This document shows, piece after piece, positions 46,553 to 55,679 of a stretch of DNA of 59,330 nt. Source of the stretch: a virus. Lineage: Duplodnaviria > Caudoviricetes. The stretch's first letter is position 1. The number at the start of each line of letters is the position of its first letter. Where the stretch lies: IMG/VR virus record IMGVR_UViG_3300011336_000352, positions 1-59,330 of that record. The stretch is one strand, 5' to 3'. The position numbers and the translations under genes are program-made. The notes under the pieces are model-generated. The model made no database searches, had not been told where the DNA came from, and was given only the letters and a program-made list of their open reading frames with translations.

Positions 46553-46576
46553 GTAGGGGTACGCAAGTGCCCCTAC
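46553..46576 (+). other. Stable GCAA-tetraloop hairpin after the capsid genes (stabiliser, pause or processing site)
   Basis: GTAGGGGTAC-GCAA-GTGCCCCTAC without a U-tract. Confidence 0.6.
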
Positions 46577-46595
46577 GATGGTGAAGGACACATAA

Positions 46596-47201
46596 ATGGA
46601 AAAGACAGACTACATTAAAGATTTTGAGATTTCCCTTAACAAGTTAGAGATTGGGGAACTTCGTAAGAAAGCTTCCCAGCAGTTTGGTATTAAACTTACT
46701 AGGGAACATAAGAAAGAAGATATCATTCGAGATATCATTGCAGTTGTATCGAAGGCTAACTTTGCAGAGGCATCAGATGGCGACCTAAAGCCTGGCTATG
46801 CTCGCATTAAGCTAACTACAATTGCAGGAAAGGTAACATTCCCGGTATATCAGAATACCAATGGCTATTATTGCTTCATTCCCCCAGGCATTGAGGTGGA
46901 TGTTCCTATCAAGGTGGTAGAGACTCTACGCCATGCTGAGGAGATGAAGAAGGTTCAAAATGAGTTTGGTGAATATGAAGACGTTATGCAGCCAAGCTAC
47001 CCATTTGAACTAATTGCAACTAACAAGGGCCCTGATCCCAAGCCTGGCTATGAAGCCCAGCGGGATATGAAGTGGAAACCCTATCGAGAATTTTATGAGC
47101 AGAATGGATTTTGGCCGAGCGCTAAAGTGCTTGAACAGACCCGAGCTGCTGGCCTAAGCTTGGCTATGTTCAAGAATGTAATGACGCCCACGGAAGAGTA
47201 A
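46596..47201 (+). CDS. Hypothetical head-region protein
   Basis: 201 aa; NGY...IPPGIEVDVP.KVVETL...SYPF. Confidence 0.7.
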   Translation: MEKTDYIKDFEISLNKLEIGELRKKASQQFGIKLTREHKKEDIIRDIIAVVSKANFAEASDGDLKPGYARIKLTTIAGKVTFPVYQNTNGYYCFIPPGIEVDVPIKVVETLRHAEEMKKVQNEFGEYEDVMQPSYPFELIATNKGPDPKPGYEAQRDMKWKPYREFYEQNGFWPSAKVLEQTRAAGLSLAMFKNVMTPTEE

Positions 47202-47204
47202 TCT

Positions 47205-48485
47205 ATGGCAGCCACTACCACCTATCTACAGATTGTCAACAATGCCATCAACGAGAGCGGGGCCGATAGTGCTACGTTTGCAGAAGATGGTAGTGACTTT
47301 ACTACTCGTACAGACAAGTACATGAATCTCTTCAAGACTTGGGCATCCAGGGCTTGGAGAGATATTCAGATTGAATGCTACGATTGGGAATTCATGCAAG
47401 AGCAGGGATTGTGCAATTTAGATCCTGGCATCATGTTTTACACTGACGGGGCGCCAGTAAGCGGCTTCGCCTCAGCATTAGCTAATACTACATTCGATAT
47501 CTACGATCAGAACGGTACAGTAGCTATCCCTAGAGTAAGTGCTGGAAATTTCACTGACTTGACAGGGCAGTACACTTTAACCAGTCCGTTCGGATATTTC
47601 GACTTAACTGGATTCACCGCTACTAGTCCTCTCAATATAGCCCTTAAGCCGGGGGCAGAGTACTTTCAGCTAGTAACAGCTAGTTTTCCAGTCATTACTG
47701 GCTCTGTTACTGGCACTCTTCCTACCACTCCATTTAATGCTACTATATCTCCTAGTAATGCATTTTCTCCTGCTAATGTAGGTCCAGTAGTAGTTACTTC
47801 TTATAGTTCTGGCATTAGTACGGCAAGACTCACCTTACAGTTTCTAGTTCCAGTAGATGGAGTTACTATAGAAGCTGCTAATTCATTTACTATTACTGAC
47901 TCTGCTACAGGAACTTGGGTAGCTAATTGTGGAGCACAGGAGATTCATGCTTCATCTAGTAGTATTAGTAAAGCCTTCATTCATAGCTGGAAATCCTTTG
48001 ATTTTAATGAAGAGACACAAGTCGGAGATTTCCAAGAGGATATAGAAGAGATTAATCAGAAATCCTTTAGATCTATAGATTACTTACAGCCTCCTCCGGC
48101 AGGAGAAATCCCACTACCATTTATGCCATGGGAGACCTTCCGTAGTAGCTACGACATTTCTTCTGCCTATCCAGGAACTCCTAGATTAATCACAGAAGAT
48201 GATACTGGTAGATATAGATTCTTCCCGGCCCTATACTATCCCTATAGTATCAAATTCGATTATAGTAGACGCCCCCAAATCCTAAGTGCCTTTGGTGATA
48301 TCCCAAGAGGCATCAATGACGAGTTTACTGATTTAATTATGTGGCGTGCTATAAATGCGTATGGAGAGTATATGGAACAACCTTCATTAATTGCACGCTC
48401 TGAGCGGCATTACAAAGATATGCTCTCTAGGCTAGAGCAAAAGAATCGCGAAAAATTTCACTTCAAGCCAGCGAAGCTTTGGTAA
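47205..48485 (+). CDS. Head-tail adaptor (tail tubular protein A-like) with inserted beta-rich domain
   Basis: TYLQIVNNAINE start and helical C-terminus flanking a Ser/Thr-rich insert. Confidence 0.65.
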   Translation: MAATTTYLQIVNNAINESGADSATFAEDGSDFTTRTDKYMNLFKTWASRAWRDIQIECYDWEFMQEQGLCNLDPGIMFYTDGAPVSGFASALANTTFDIYDQNGTVAIPRVSAGNFTDLTGQYTLTSPFGYFDLTGFTATSPLNIALKPGAEYFQLVTASFPVITGSVTGTLPTTPFNATISPSNAFSPANVGPVVVTSYSSGISTARLTLQFLVPVDGVTIEAANSFTITDSATGTWVANCGAQEIHASSSSISKAFIHSWKSFDFNEETQVGDFQEDIEEINQKSFRSIDYLQPPPAGEIPLPFMPWETFRSSYDISSAYPGTPRLITEDDTGRYRFFPALYYPYSIKFDYSRRPQILSAFGDIPRGINDEFTDLIMWRAINAYGEYMEQPSLIARSERHYKDMLSRLEQKNREKFHFKPAKLW

Positions 48486-48496
48486 TATATTGATAT

Positions 48497-51400
48497 ATGG
48501 CCACTCAAAATCTATTAACTCCCGAAAGTGTTCAGCTTACTGGCGGTCTAGACTATATTAGCCCGAGGCCCTCGGTAGCACCTGGTAGTTTAATAGACTG
48601 TGTTAATTTTGAGGTATCCGATAGAATAGGATACAAGAGAATAGACGGTATAGAAATATTCGACGGCTCATGTTCATCGTCTTTGACTTATTCTTCTTTG
48701 TACTCGTTTAAAATAGATAATTCATCTACTGCTCTATCAGTGGTTCAAGCTGGAAATTTGGTTTACAAGCAGTATGATAGTCCTGAAAATTACTTCGCTG
48801 TAGTAACATCAGTAGAACCAATAGACTCTACTTATTGTACTGTTAATGTGGTTGTTACTGATCTAGTAACTTTTAGAAACATACTAAACAATGGTACTAA
48901 CTTTCCTATATACATAGATGTGTTTTTGTACAATGTTCAGCAAGTAGAAGAGTATTCATTTGCTCATAGTTCTTTAGGACTAGCTTTAACTCCTACTGTA
49001 ACTACTTTAGCTGATTCAGTGTCAAAGGCAGTTGCTGAGAATGCTAATATAGAAGCATCTAAGCAGAAATGCGTTACTAGAAATTACGTGAATTTAGGTG
49101 CAACTAATACCAATAAAGCTATTGGAATGCATTGGTATAATGAGCGCCTGTATACAGTAATAGATCTTGATTCCTTTGCTTTTTCTGATGGCAATTTTAA
49201 GATATTACCTAATGATTTGATAACCTTTTCTGGGGCTAGTGTCACTGTTAGGGATGTTAAACTATTTTCTGGCTCGTGGGATAATGGAGATGCTGCTGGG
49301 ATTATTCTGTTTACCTTCGGGCCAGATGCCCCATACAATAGTAAGAATCGAGCATTAACACTAACCGCTGGCACTTCTATAGATTTAACTCGTGGTACAG
49401 TTTTAGTAAGTTCTGTTGCTTTAATAGCATCTAGATCTAATGCAGCAGAAGATTATAAGCCTTGGATGGCTAATCTTTCTTATGCTCTAAATCAACAAGA
49501 TCTTGGAGCTAGTACTACCACTCCTATAAATTATATTCAAGGATATACAGATGTAGAAATGGGGTATGTTATTTCTTATAAAGATGGAACTTCTAATGGG
49601 CCACCATCTCCGGCAATAAGAAATGTTGCTCCGGCAGTTGGATCTAAGAGCTACACCGGAGCCTTATATCCTGGAAATGTTTCAACCACCAGTCCTTACG
49701 TTATAACTGATGATAGCATCTCATCTTTTCCCGGGCAAACCGCATTGCTATATCACGGCAATGGAGCAGTACAGTGTATTTCTGCTAGCGGGGATGGGAA
49801 GTACATATATCCAATCTCCCCGGGAAAAAGCACTCCAACACAACTGCCTTGCATTGTACAGGTATCTACCATACCCATGACTTTTAGCGGGTTTGATTTT
49901 AGCTCGCTTACCGAGGGCACACTAGTATCTGATATACAGGTTTCTTTAAGTTTCTTTGGCAATGCTAAAGCAGTGTCTGAAGCTAAGTACGCTTTCAAAG
50001 TTGACATAACAGTTGACGGAGTAAACTATTCCGCCATCAAGAAGACTGCCAATGTAACGTCTTCTTCCTCTGCGGCTCCTAATTCTGCTACGCTGGGAGG
50101 AGCTTCCGACGTGTGGACTGTTCCAGGATTAAATCTGAGAAATATAAGTGGTCTACAGGTACGGGTTTCTTCTAATTATCTTAGCAGTTCAAGCCCCCCA
50201 AATGCTTCCCTATTGTATTTGGATTCCTTATCCGTTTCTGTTGGGTATCAAAAGAACTATGGTACTTACTACTTCAACAATGGAACAGATGATGTTACTG
50301 GAGTAATTTCTAACGTATATCTAGATACGTCTAATGGAGGAGACTGGAGTACCAACAATGCGTCTGGTACTATACAGGTTACAAATGTTACTCCATATTA
50401 CTTACCTGCCCCAACGGGGATAACTGCATCTACTTCTACTACTGGTGGTACGGGGCTATCTGCTGCTACTACTTACTATTATGTAATAAGCGCTATAGGA
50501 GCTACTGGAGAAACATTACCTTCCACTGAAGTGTCTATACTAACTGGAGCCGGAACTACTAATTCTAATGCTCTATCTTGGTCTGGCGTTACTGGTGCTG
50601 CATCTTATCGAGTTTATCGAGGAACTAGCGCTGGTAATGAGAACGTATATTATTCAACTACTTCAACTTCTTACACAGATACTGGAGCGGCTCCCACAGG
50701 ATCTTCAATACCATCAAATTTTTCTACGGCTACTAATTCTGCGCGTACCCAGATAAATGCTGGAGATAAGATCTATTCTCTGCCTAATGCTGGTGGGATA
50801 TTAATAGCAACTGTCTCTAGTGATATGACGTATGCTGGACTTCCTTCTAAAGCTTCTATAGATGCTGTATCTTCTCGGTATGAAATAATAGATGCTAATT
50901 TTTATGGGGCTGTTGAGTGGAGTGCTATGTATGGATGTAGTGGAGCAGGTAGGGCTTGGGCTTTTGACGGTACCTATTTTAGATACATATATACAGGGAT
51001 AGCATCTTCTGTAGATACTCCTCGCCATGTAGCTTTCCATAATTTTCACTTACTTCTAGGATATTCTACTGGGGCAGTACTGAGTTCTGCCGCCGGAAGC
51101 CCTGAAAACTTTAGTGGCGTAGACGGAGCTGGGGAATTTGATACTGGGGATCCGGTGATTGGGATTTTGCGACTTAGCGGTACATCCCTAGGATTATTTT
51201 GTAAGAAATCTATCCACGCTTTAAATGGAACTGACAATTCTAACTTCTCTCTATCAATGCTAAGTCCCTATGATGGGGCTATAGAATACACAGTATTAGA
51301 TTGTGGTAGGCCCGTGTGGACTAGCTGTAAAGGAATCTGTACATTAAACCAATCAGGAACAGTAAGTAACTTTTCTGACAGCAGACTAAGCTACGCTGTG

Positions 51401-52222
51401 ATGCCTTGGTTATTGCCAAGAGTAACTAATACCCCAACGTACGTTCCGCAGAGTGGATCTGTAACTACTGCTGATAATGCCCCTCCTGGGGGAGTTTTAT
51501 TTGCAATACCATCTAGGTACAAAAATCAGTATCGCCTAGCTTTTAGTGATGGATACTGGCTTACACTAACCTTTAATACTCTTACCAATAATCCTGAGTT
51601 TACTATTCAAAGATATTATACTAAGCGTGGGATTGTGTTTCAGAAAAACTGGACTCCACTAGCAGCTACTAGTTTTATAGACGCTACAGGAAAAGATAGG
51701 GCAGTAATGTCTATAGATTATTATAGAAATATAGTTCCGGGAGAGACTAGTTCTACCAATCAAGATTATATGTACGTGTGGGAATTGGACAGGGGGTGGG
51801 GGTTCAATTCTAATACTCCAGTACAGGCGTGGATAACTACTACGCACAATTTCTTTGATAACCCCTTCCAGATAATGACTGTGAGAAATGTTAGATTGCA
51901 TGGACAGTCTCTAGGACTTGCGTCAGTTAATATGGCTATTAGTTCAGACTACTCTTCTGATGATTTCTCTTATGGAGATATACATGGAGAGTCAAGAACT
52001 AATTCCCCTCTTCAGGATATATCTCTTCCACGAGATGGTGGTAAAAACCCATTTGGGGAAAGGGCTGGAAGTTATGTAGCCGAGACTAATATAGCCTCTG
52101 CTGGAAAAACAGGTAGAAGCTTTTCTATGCAATTATCTACTGACCCAAGTTCAATAGAACCTCCCTGCGTGTTACAACAATTAATGTTCCAGTTAAGTTC
52201 TGGAAAAGCGGATATAAAATAA
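48497..52222 (+). CDS. Tail nozzle / tubular protein B-like protein with inserted FN3-like domain
   Basis: 1241 aa; LTGGL start, NFEV...GYKRIDG; internal YYYVISAI...LSWSGVTGAASYRVYRG. Confidence 0.7.
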   Translation: MATQNLLTPESVQLTGGLDYISPRPSVAPGSLIDCVNFEVSDRIGYKRIDGIEIFDGSCSSSLTYSSLYSFKIDNSSTALSVVQAGNLVYKQYDSPENYFAVVTSVEPIDSTYCTVNVVVTDLVTFRNILNNGTNFPIYIDVFLYNVQQVEEYSFAHSSLGLALTPTVTTLADSVSKAVAENANIEASKQKCVTRNYVNLGATNTNKAIGMHWYNERLYTVIDLDSFAFSDGNFKILPNDLITFSGASVTVRDVKLFSGSWDNGDAAGIILFTFGPDAPYNSKNRALTLTAGTSIDLTRGTVLVSSVALIASRSNAAEDYKPWMANLSYALNQQDLGASTTTPINYIQGYTDVEMGYVISYKDGTSNGPPSPAIRNVAPAVGSKSYTGALYPGNVSTTSPYVITDDSISSFPGQTALLYHGNGAVQCISASGDGKYIYPISPGKSTPTQLPCIVQVSTIPMTFSGFDFSSLTEGTLVSDIQVSLSFFGNAKAVSEAKYAFKVDITVDGVNYSAIKKTANVTSSSSAAPNSATLGGASDVWTVPGLNLRNISGLQVRVSSNYLSSSSPPNASLLYLDSLSVSVGYQKNYGTYYFNNGTDDVTGVISNVYLDTSNGGDWSTNNASGTIQVTNVTPYYLPAPTGITASTSTTGGTGLSAATTYYYVISAIGATGETLPSTEVSILTGAGTTNSNALSWSGVTGAASYRVYRGTSAGNENVYYSTTSTSYTDTGAAPTGSSIPSNFSTATNSARTQINAGDKIYSLPNAGGILIATVSSDMTYAGLPSKASIDAVSSRYEIIDANFYGAVEWSAMYGCSGAGRAWAFDGTYFRYIYTGIASSVDTPRHVAFHNFHLLLGYSTGAVLSSAAGSPENFSGVDGAGEFDTGDPVIGILRLSGTSLGLFCKKSIHALNGTDNSNFSLSMLSPYDGAIEYTVLDCGRPVWTSCKGICTLNQSGTVSNFSDSRLSYAVMPWLLPRVTNTPTYVPQSGSVTTADNAPPGGVLFAIPSRYKNQYRLAFSDGYWLTLTFNTLTNNPEFTIQRYYTKRGIVFQKNWTPLAATSFIDATGKDRAVMSIDYYRNIVPGETSSTNQDYMYVWELDRGWGFNSNTPVQAWITTTHNFFDNPFQIMTVRNVRLHGQSLGLASVNMAISSDYSSDDFSYGDIHGESRTNSPLQDISLPRDGGKNPFGERAGSYVAETNIASAGKTGRSFSMQLSTDPSSIEPPCVLQQLMFQLSSGKADIK

Positions 52223-52223
52223 T

Positions 52224-53192
52224 ATGGCTACTACCACTAACAACTATGGTAATCCTGGAGCTAGCGGATACGCTAATACTTCAGCCTATCAAGGCGGCTA
52301 CACAGACCCCCCCGCTGGTGGGGGCGGATATAGTTCTTCCGGGTCGTACTCCGCTGGCACACAGCCGGGTGGAAACAATTATCCGGATGGAATCTATGGC
52401 CCCGGAAAAGATGGATCTGGTACTGCACTTGGCACCCTAACCCCTAATGAACTTACTAGTTACAATCTTCAGGGGTTACTAGCTGGTAATAGCCCGTACA
52501 TAACCCAAGCCAGAACACAAGCTACCCAGATGGCTAATTCTAGGGGCTTGCTAAACAGCAGTATAGCAGCAGGTAATGCCCAAGCTGCTGCTATTCAGGC
52601 AGCTCTTCCAATAGCATCTCAGGATGCGCAGGCATCTTATGGGTTGCAGCAGACTAATCTAGACAATCTAGCAAAAGCTAAATTGGCTGGTATTGCTGCT
52701 AGTGGAGAGCGGGTCGCAGCTATGGCCTCTCAGAATGCTATGGTTAAGACTGCCGAGATTAATAACCAGGGAGAATTACAACGATTGATGGATCAGTTGG
52801 GATACTCTGGTGAGCAGGCGCAGCTTAATTATCAGCGCCAGTTAGGACTATCTCAGCAAGGATTCTATAATGAATCTTCTCTTAGTCAACAGAATTTCTT
52901 ACAGAACTACGCCGCAAGTTCTGGGCTGAGTGCTCAGAACTATCAACAAAACTTAGGATTAGATAGGTTTAATCTAGGCAGCACCTTGCTAAGTGGTATG
53001 CAAAACTTTGCGTACAGCGCGGGATTAAATGCCATGAATAATCCAGCTATCATGGGAGACCCACAATCCTTTGGCGGATATATGCAATTCATATCAAATG
53101 TATTTGGTGGCAATGGCATGATAGACAATATATTCAACAGTCTATTTGGCCAGTACAATCCTACTTCACAACCACAGCGAGTAGGAGGCTAA
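52224..53192 (+). CDS. Internal virion / ejection protein
   Basis: SPYITQAR...NSRGLLNSSIAAG...ALPIASQDA; Gly/Gln/Asn-rich. Confidence 0.7.
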   Translation: MATTTNNYGNPGASGYANTSAYQGGYTDPPAGGGGYSSSGSYSAGTQPGGNNYPDGIYGPGKDGSGTALGTLTPNELTSYNLQGLLAGNSPYITQARTQATQMANSRGLLNSSIAAGNAQAAAIQAALPIASQDAQASYGLQQTNLDNLAKAKLAGIAASGERVAAMASQNAMVKTAEINNQGELQRLMDQLGYSGEQAQLNYQRQLGLSQQGFYNESSLSQQNFLQNYAASSGLSAQNYQQNLGLDRFNLGSTLLSGMQNFAYSAGLNAMNNPAIMGDPQSFGGYMQFISNVFGGNGMIDNIFNSLFGQYNPTSQPQRVGG

Positions 53193-53195
53193 TCA

Positions 53196-54269
53196 ATGGC
53201 TACTAATGACTCTATGATTAACTCTTCGTGGAATGCTGGAGATGGGTATTCTTATCCATCGTACCTAAGCGGATACGATTATTCTAATCAAGACTATACT
53301 GTCCCACTATTTGGGTCTGATCCCTCAATTAATAGTACCCTAATAGAAACTCCCACTATACAAAGCCCGTCTATAGATTCTAGCTCATTTTCCCAACAAG
53401 GCTTAATAGTTCCAACTACCCAGCAGATGGTTAATTCGGGGGATATATCCTTAATAGGTGACTACACTGGCGGGAGTAATGTAGCTGGCGCTATAGGCAG
53501 TGGAGTATCTGCTATCTCTAATGCCTACAATGGCGCTAGTACAGATACTACTGGCAGTGTTTTGAGTGGCGCTGCTTCTGGCGCAGCAGCCGGGGCCTAT
53601 TTTGGCCCGATAGGAATGGCTGCTGGGGCTATCATTGGGGGTATTGTTGGCTTCTTTGGTTCTAAGTCCAAGAAGAAAGCAGAGAAGAAAGCTTACCAGC
53701 AGCAGCTAGAAGTGGCGGTAGCTCCTCAGCGCCAAGCACAGGCCAACTGGCTACAACAGCAAGGGCTATTACAGCAAGGCATCAGTAACTATAAATCAGC
53801 ATTTACCCCGGGGGGATACCAGTATAGTAATGCTCTCTTAGGGGGCCCTACTAATAAGTCTTATGGAATACCAACTAAAGGGCCATCCCTTCCAAACTTT
53901 AATCAGGCTCCCCCCGATATTGTTGGCGGCAGCCCCGACAAGTCTCTGGGTATTACTGGAAATAATGTTCCAAATAATGGAGTAAACCTAAACCCGGGCC
54001 CAATACAGATGCCTCAGCAGCAAGGCGCGTACACTGGTAATGCTTCTAATCCCTACTACGGATTTAGTCAGCCTGCTCCGGTCCAAGCACCAATAGCCCC
54101 GGGATTTGTTAGTGATAAGGGACAGCAACAGAGCAACATAAGTAATTACCAGCAGCAGTATCAGAAGTACGTACAGCAACAGCAGCAGCAAATGGCAGCA
54201 GCGTCTATGCAAGCATATCAACCATATTTTGCCTCGCAGCCTGGATACACTAATGGAGTATATGCGTAA
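53196..54269 (+). CDS. Internal virion / ejection (pilot) protein
   Basis: GAASGAAAGAYFGPIGMAAGAIIGGIVG glycine-zipper segment; Gln-rich tail. Confidence 0.7.
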   Translation: MATNDSMINSSWNAGDGYSYPSYLSGYDYSNQDYTVPLFGSDPSINSTLIETPTIQSPSIDSSSFSQQGLIVPTTQQMVNSGDISLIGDYTGGSNVAGAIGSGVSAISNAYNGASTDTTGSVLSGAASGAAAGAYFGPIGMAAGAIIGGIVGFFGSKSKKKAEKKAYQQQLEVAVAPQRQAQANWLQQQGLLQQGISNYKSAFTPGGYQYSNALLGGPTNKSYGIPTKGPSLPNFNQAPPDIVGGSPDKSLGITGNNVPNNGVNLNPGPIQMPQQQGAYTGNASNPYYGFSQPAPVQAPIAPGFVSDKGQQQSNISNYQQQYQKYVQQQQQQMAAASMQAYQPYFASQPGYTNGVYA

Positions 54270-54856
54270 TGGCCACCAAGAATAAATCAGCAGCCAAGCG
54301 TAAATTAAAGCCTGCTGGAGATAAATCTATTACTACTGATATTCAGATAGCAGCAGGAATGGCTTGTGTAGTCCTTCTATCTCAGCAGGGCATACAGTCT
54401 ATGGCTCAGATACTACAGGGAGCTAACGACCCAGCAGCCGCCGTTGCTCACGCAATATTCATGGCGCTATCCAAGGTAAGGGAAGCTCTTACTAAACGCA
54501 AGATGCAAGTAGACCCTCGTATTTGGATTATGGGGGGAGGAGTACTAGATCGAGTTATCTTTGAGGTAATGCTAGTTCTAGCTATGGTAATTAAATTTAA
54601 ACCGGCAGCAGATTCTCAGTTTGTACATCAGGTTAAGAGCAATGTTCTAGATCTTATGCAAGATGATGAAGATAACTCTGAGTCTATAAAAGTGTTGCAC
54701 GATAAGGGACTTCCTGTTCCAAAGGGTCCGCCACAGGATCAAGATCAGGATCAAGACCAAGATACCCCGCAAGTTCAGCAAGGGCTGGCAGCTCCTCAAG
54801 GACAGCCACAGCAACAAGCTCCACAAGGAGCACCACAAATGATGGGAGCACAGTAA
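54269..54856 (+). CDS. Hypothetical protein in the ejection-protein block
   Basis: 195 aa; TAATG coupling; (QD)5 repeat. Confidence 0.7.
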   Translation: MATKNKSAAKRKLKPAGDKSITTDIQIAAGMACVVLLSQQGIQSMAQILQGANDPAAAVAHAIFMALSKVREALTKRKMQVDPRIWIMGGGVLDRVIFEVMLVLAMVIKFKPAADSQFVHQVKSNVLDLMQDDEDNSESIKVLHDKGLPVPKGPPQDQDQDQDQDTPQVQQGLAAPQGQPQQQAPQGAPQMMGAQ

Positions 54857-54857
54857 C

Positions 54858-55679
54858 ATGGCCGAGCCCTGGGATGCACTACTAAATACAACTCCGCAGT
54901 CAGCGTCATACAATCCTATTCCCAATCCAGAAATGGATCAGCTTATGGGTTTTAATGCTCAAGAAGGAGATGATGCTACTACTAGATTCTTTAAGGGATT
55001 TCAATCTGCACAGTTCCGCAATAGCCCTCAAGGGCAGCAGCTTACTATGGAGATGGCTAAAAACAAACTAGCCATGCAGTTGCAAGCTCAACTGTACCAG
55101 CAGAAGTTGGAGCTGGAGAAACAGTTTCCAGACTATAAAGCTGTTCCAACCCCTTATGGGGCTATAATGATTAATCCGCATAATCCCTCTGATACCAGTA
55201 CTATTGAAAGTACCCCAGGAGCTTTGCCCGCCTATCAGTCCAAGATGGCAGCAGAAAAGGCTCAGAGCGATTATCAGGCGTCTCCGGAAGGAGTGCAGTC
55301 CATGAAGGATGCTGCACAGGCTAAGATCAACTTGGAGAAAGCACAGGCCGGTTACATGAACTCGCGCCCAGAACTTATGCGGACTCAGATGGAGCTTAAC
55401 GAGGCTAAAGCTCAACTAGCAGCTCAGGGCAAACCTGAAAACTATACAGAGGCTAGGAATAGGGCTATCTCTGACGTGTTAGGAATCTATGTAAATGATC
55501 CAACTATGCAGTCTGGTTTAATTTTGGACGCCTTTAGAAAAGATCCAAAATTACAACAGAAGGTGCGAGATCGCATAGACTATTATATGCAAGCTAAAAA
55601 TCCCCAGTCTAGCGATGTGCAGCCACAAGTAGCTCCAGACCTTTCTGGTCTATTGGATACTAGCAATCTAGGTCAATAA
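54858..55679 (+). CDS. Internal virion / ejection protein
   Basis: 273 aa helical Gln/Ala-rich; GGAG RBS. Confidence 0.65.
   Translation: MAEPWDALLNTTPQSASYNPIPNPEMDQLMGFNAQEGDDATTRFFKGFQSAQFRNSPQGQQLTMEMAKNKLAMQLQAQLYQQKLELEKQFPDYKAVPTPYGAIMINPHNPSDTSTIESTPGALPAYQSKMAAEKAQSDYQASPEGVQSMKDAAQAKINLEKAQAGYMNSRPELMRTQMELNEAKAQLAAQGKPENYTEARNRAISDVLGIYVNDPTMQSGLILDAFRKDPKLQQKVRDRIDYYMQAKNPQSSDVQPQVAPDLSGLLDTSNLGQ

Noticed and set aside
54734-54763. CARGAY tandem repeat
   Set aside because: Simple (Gln-Asp)5 coding microsatellite in a disordered tail; not CRISPR-like.
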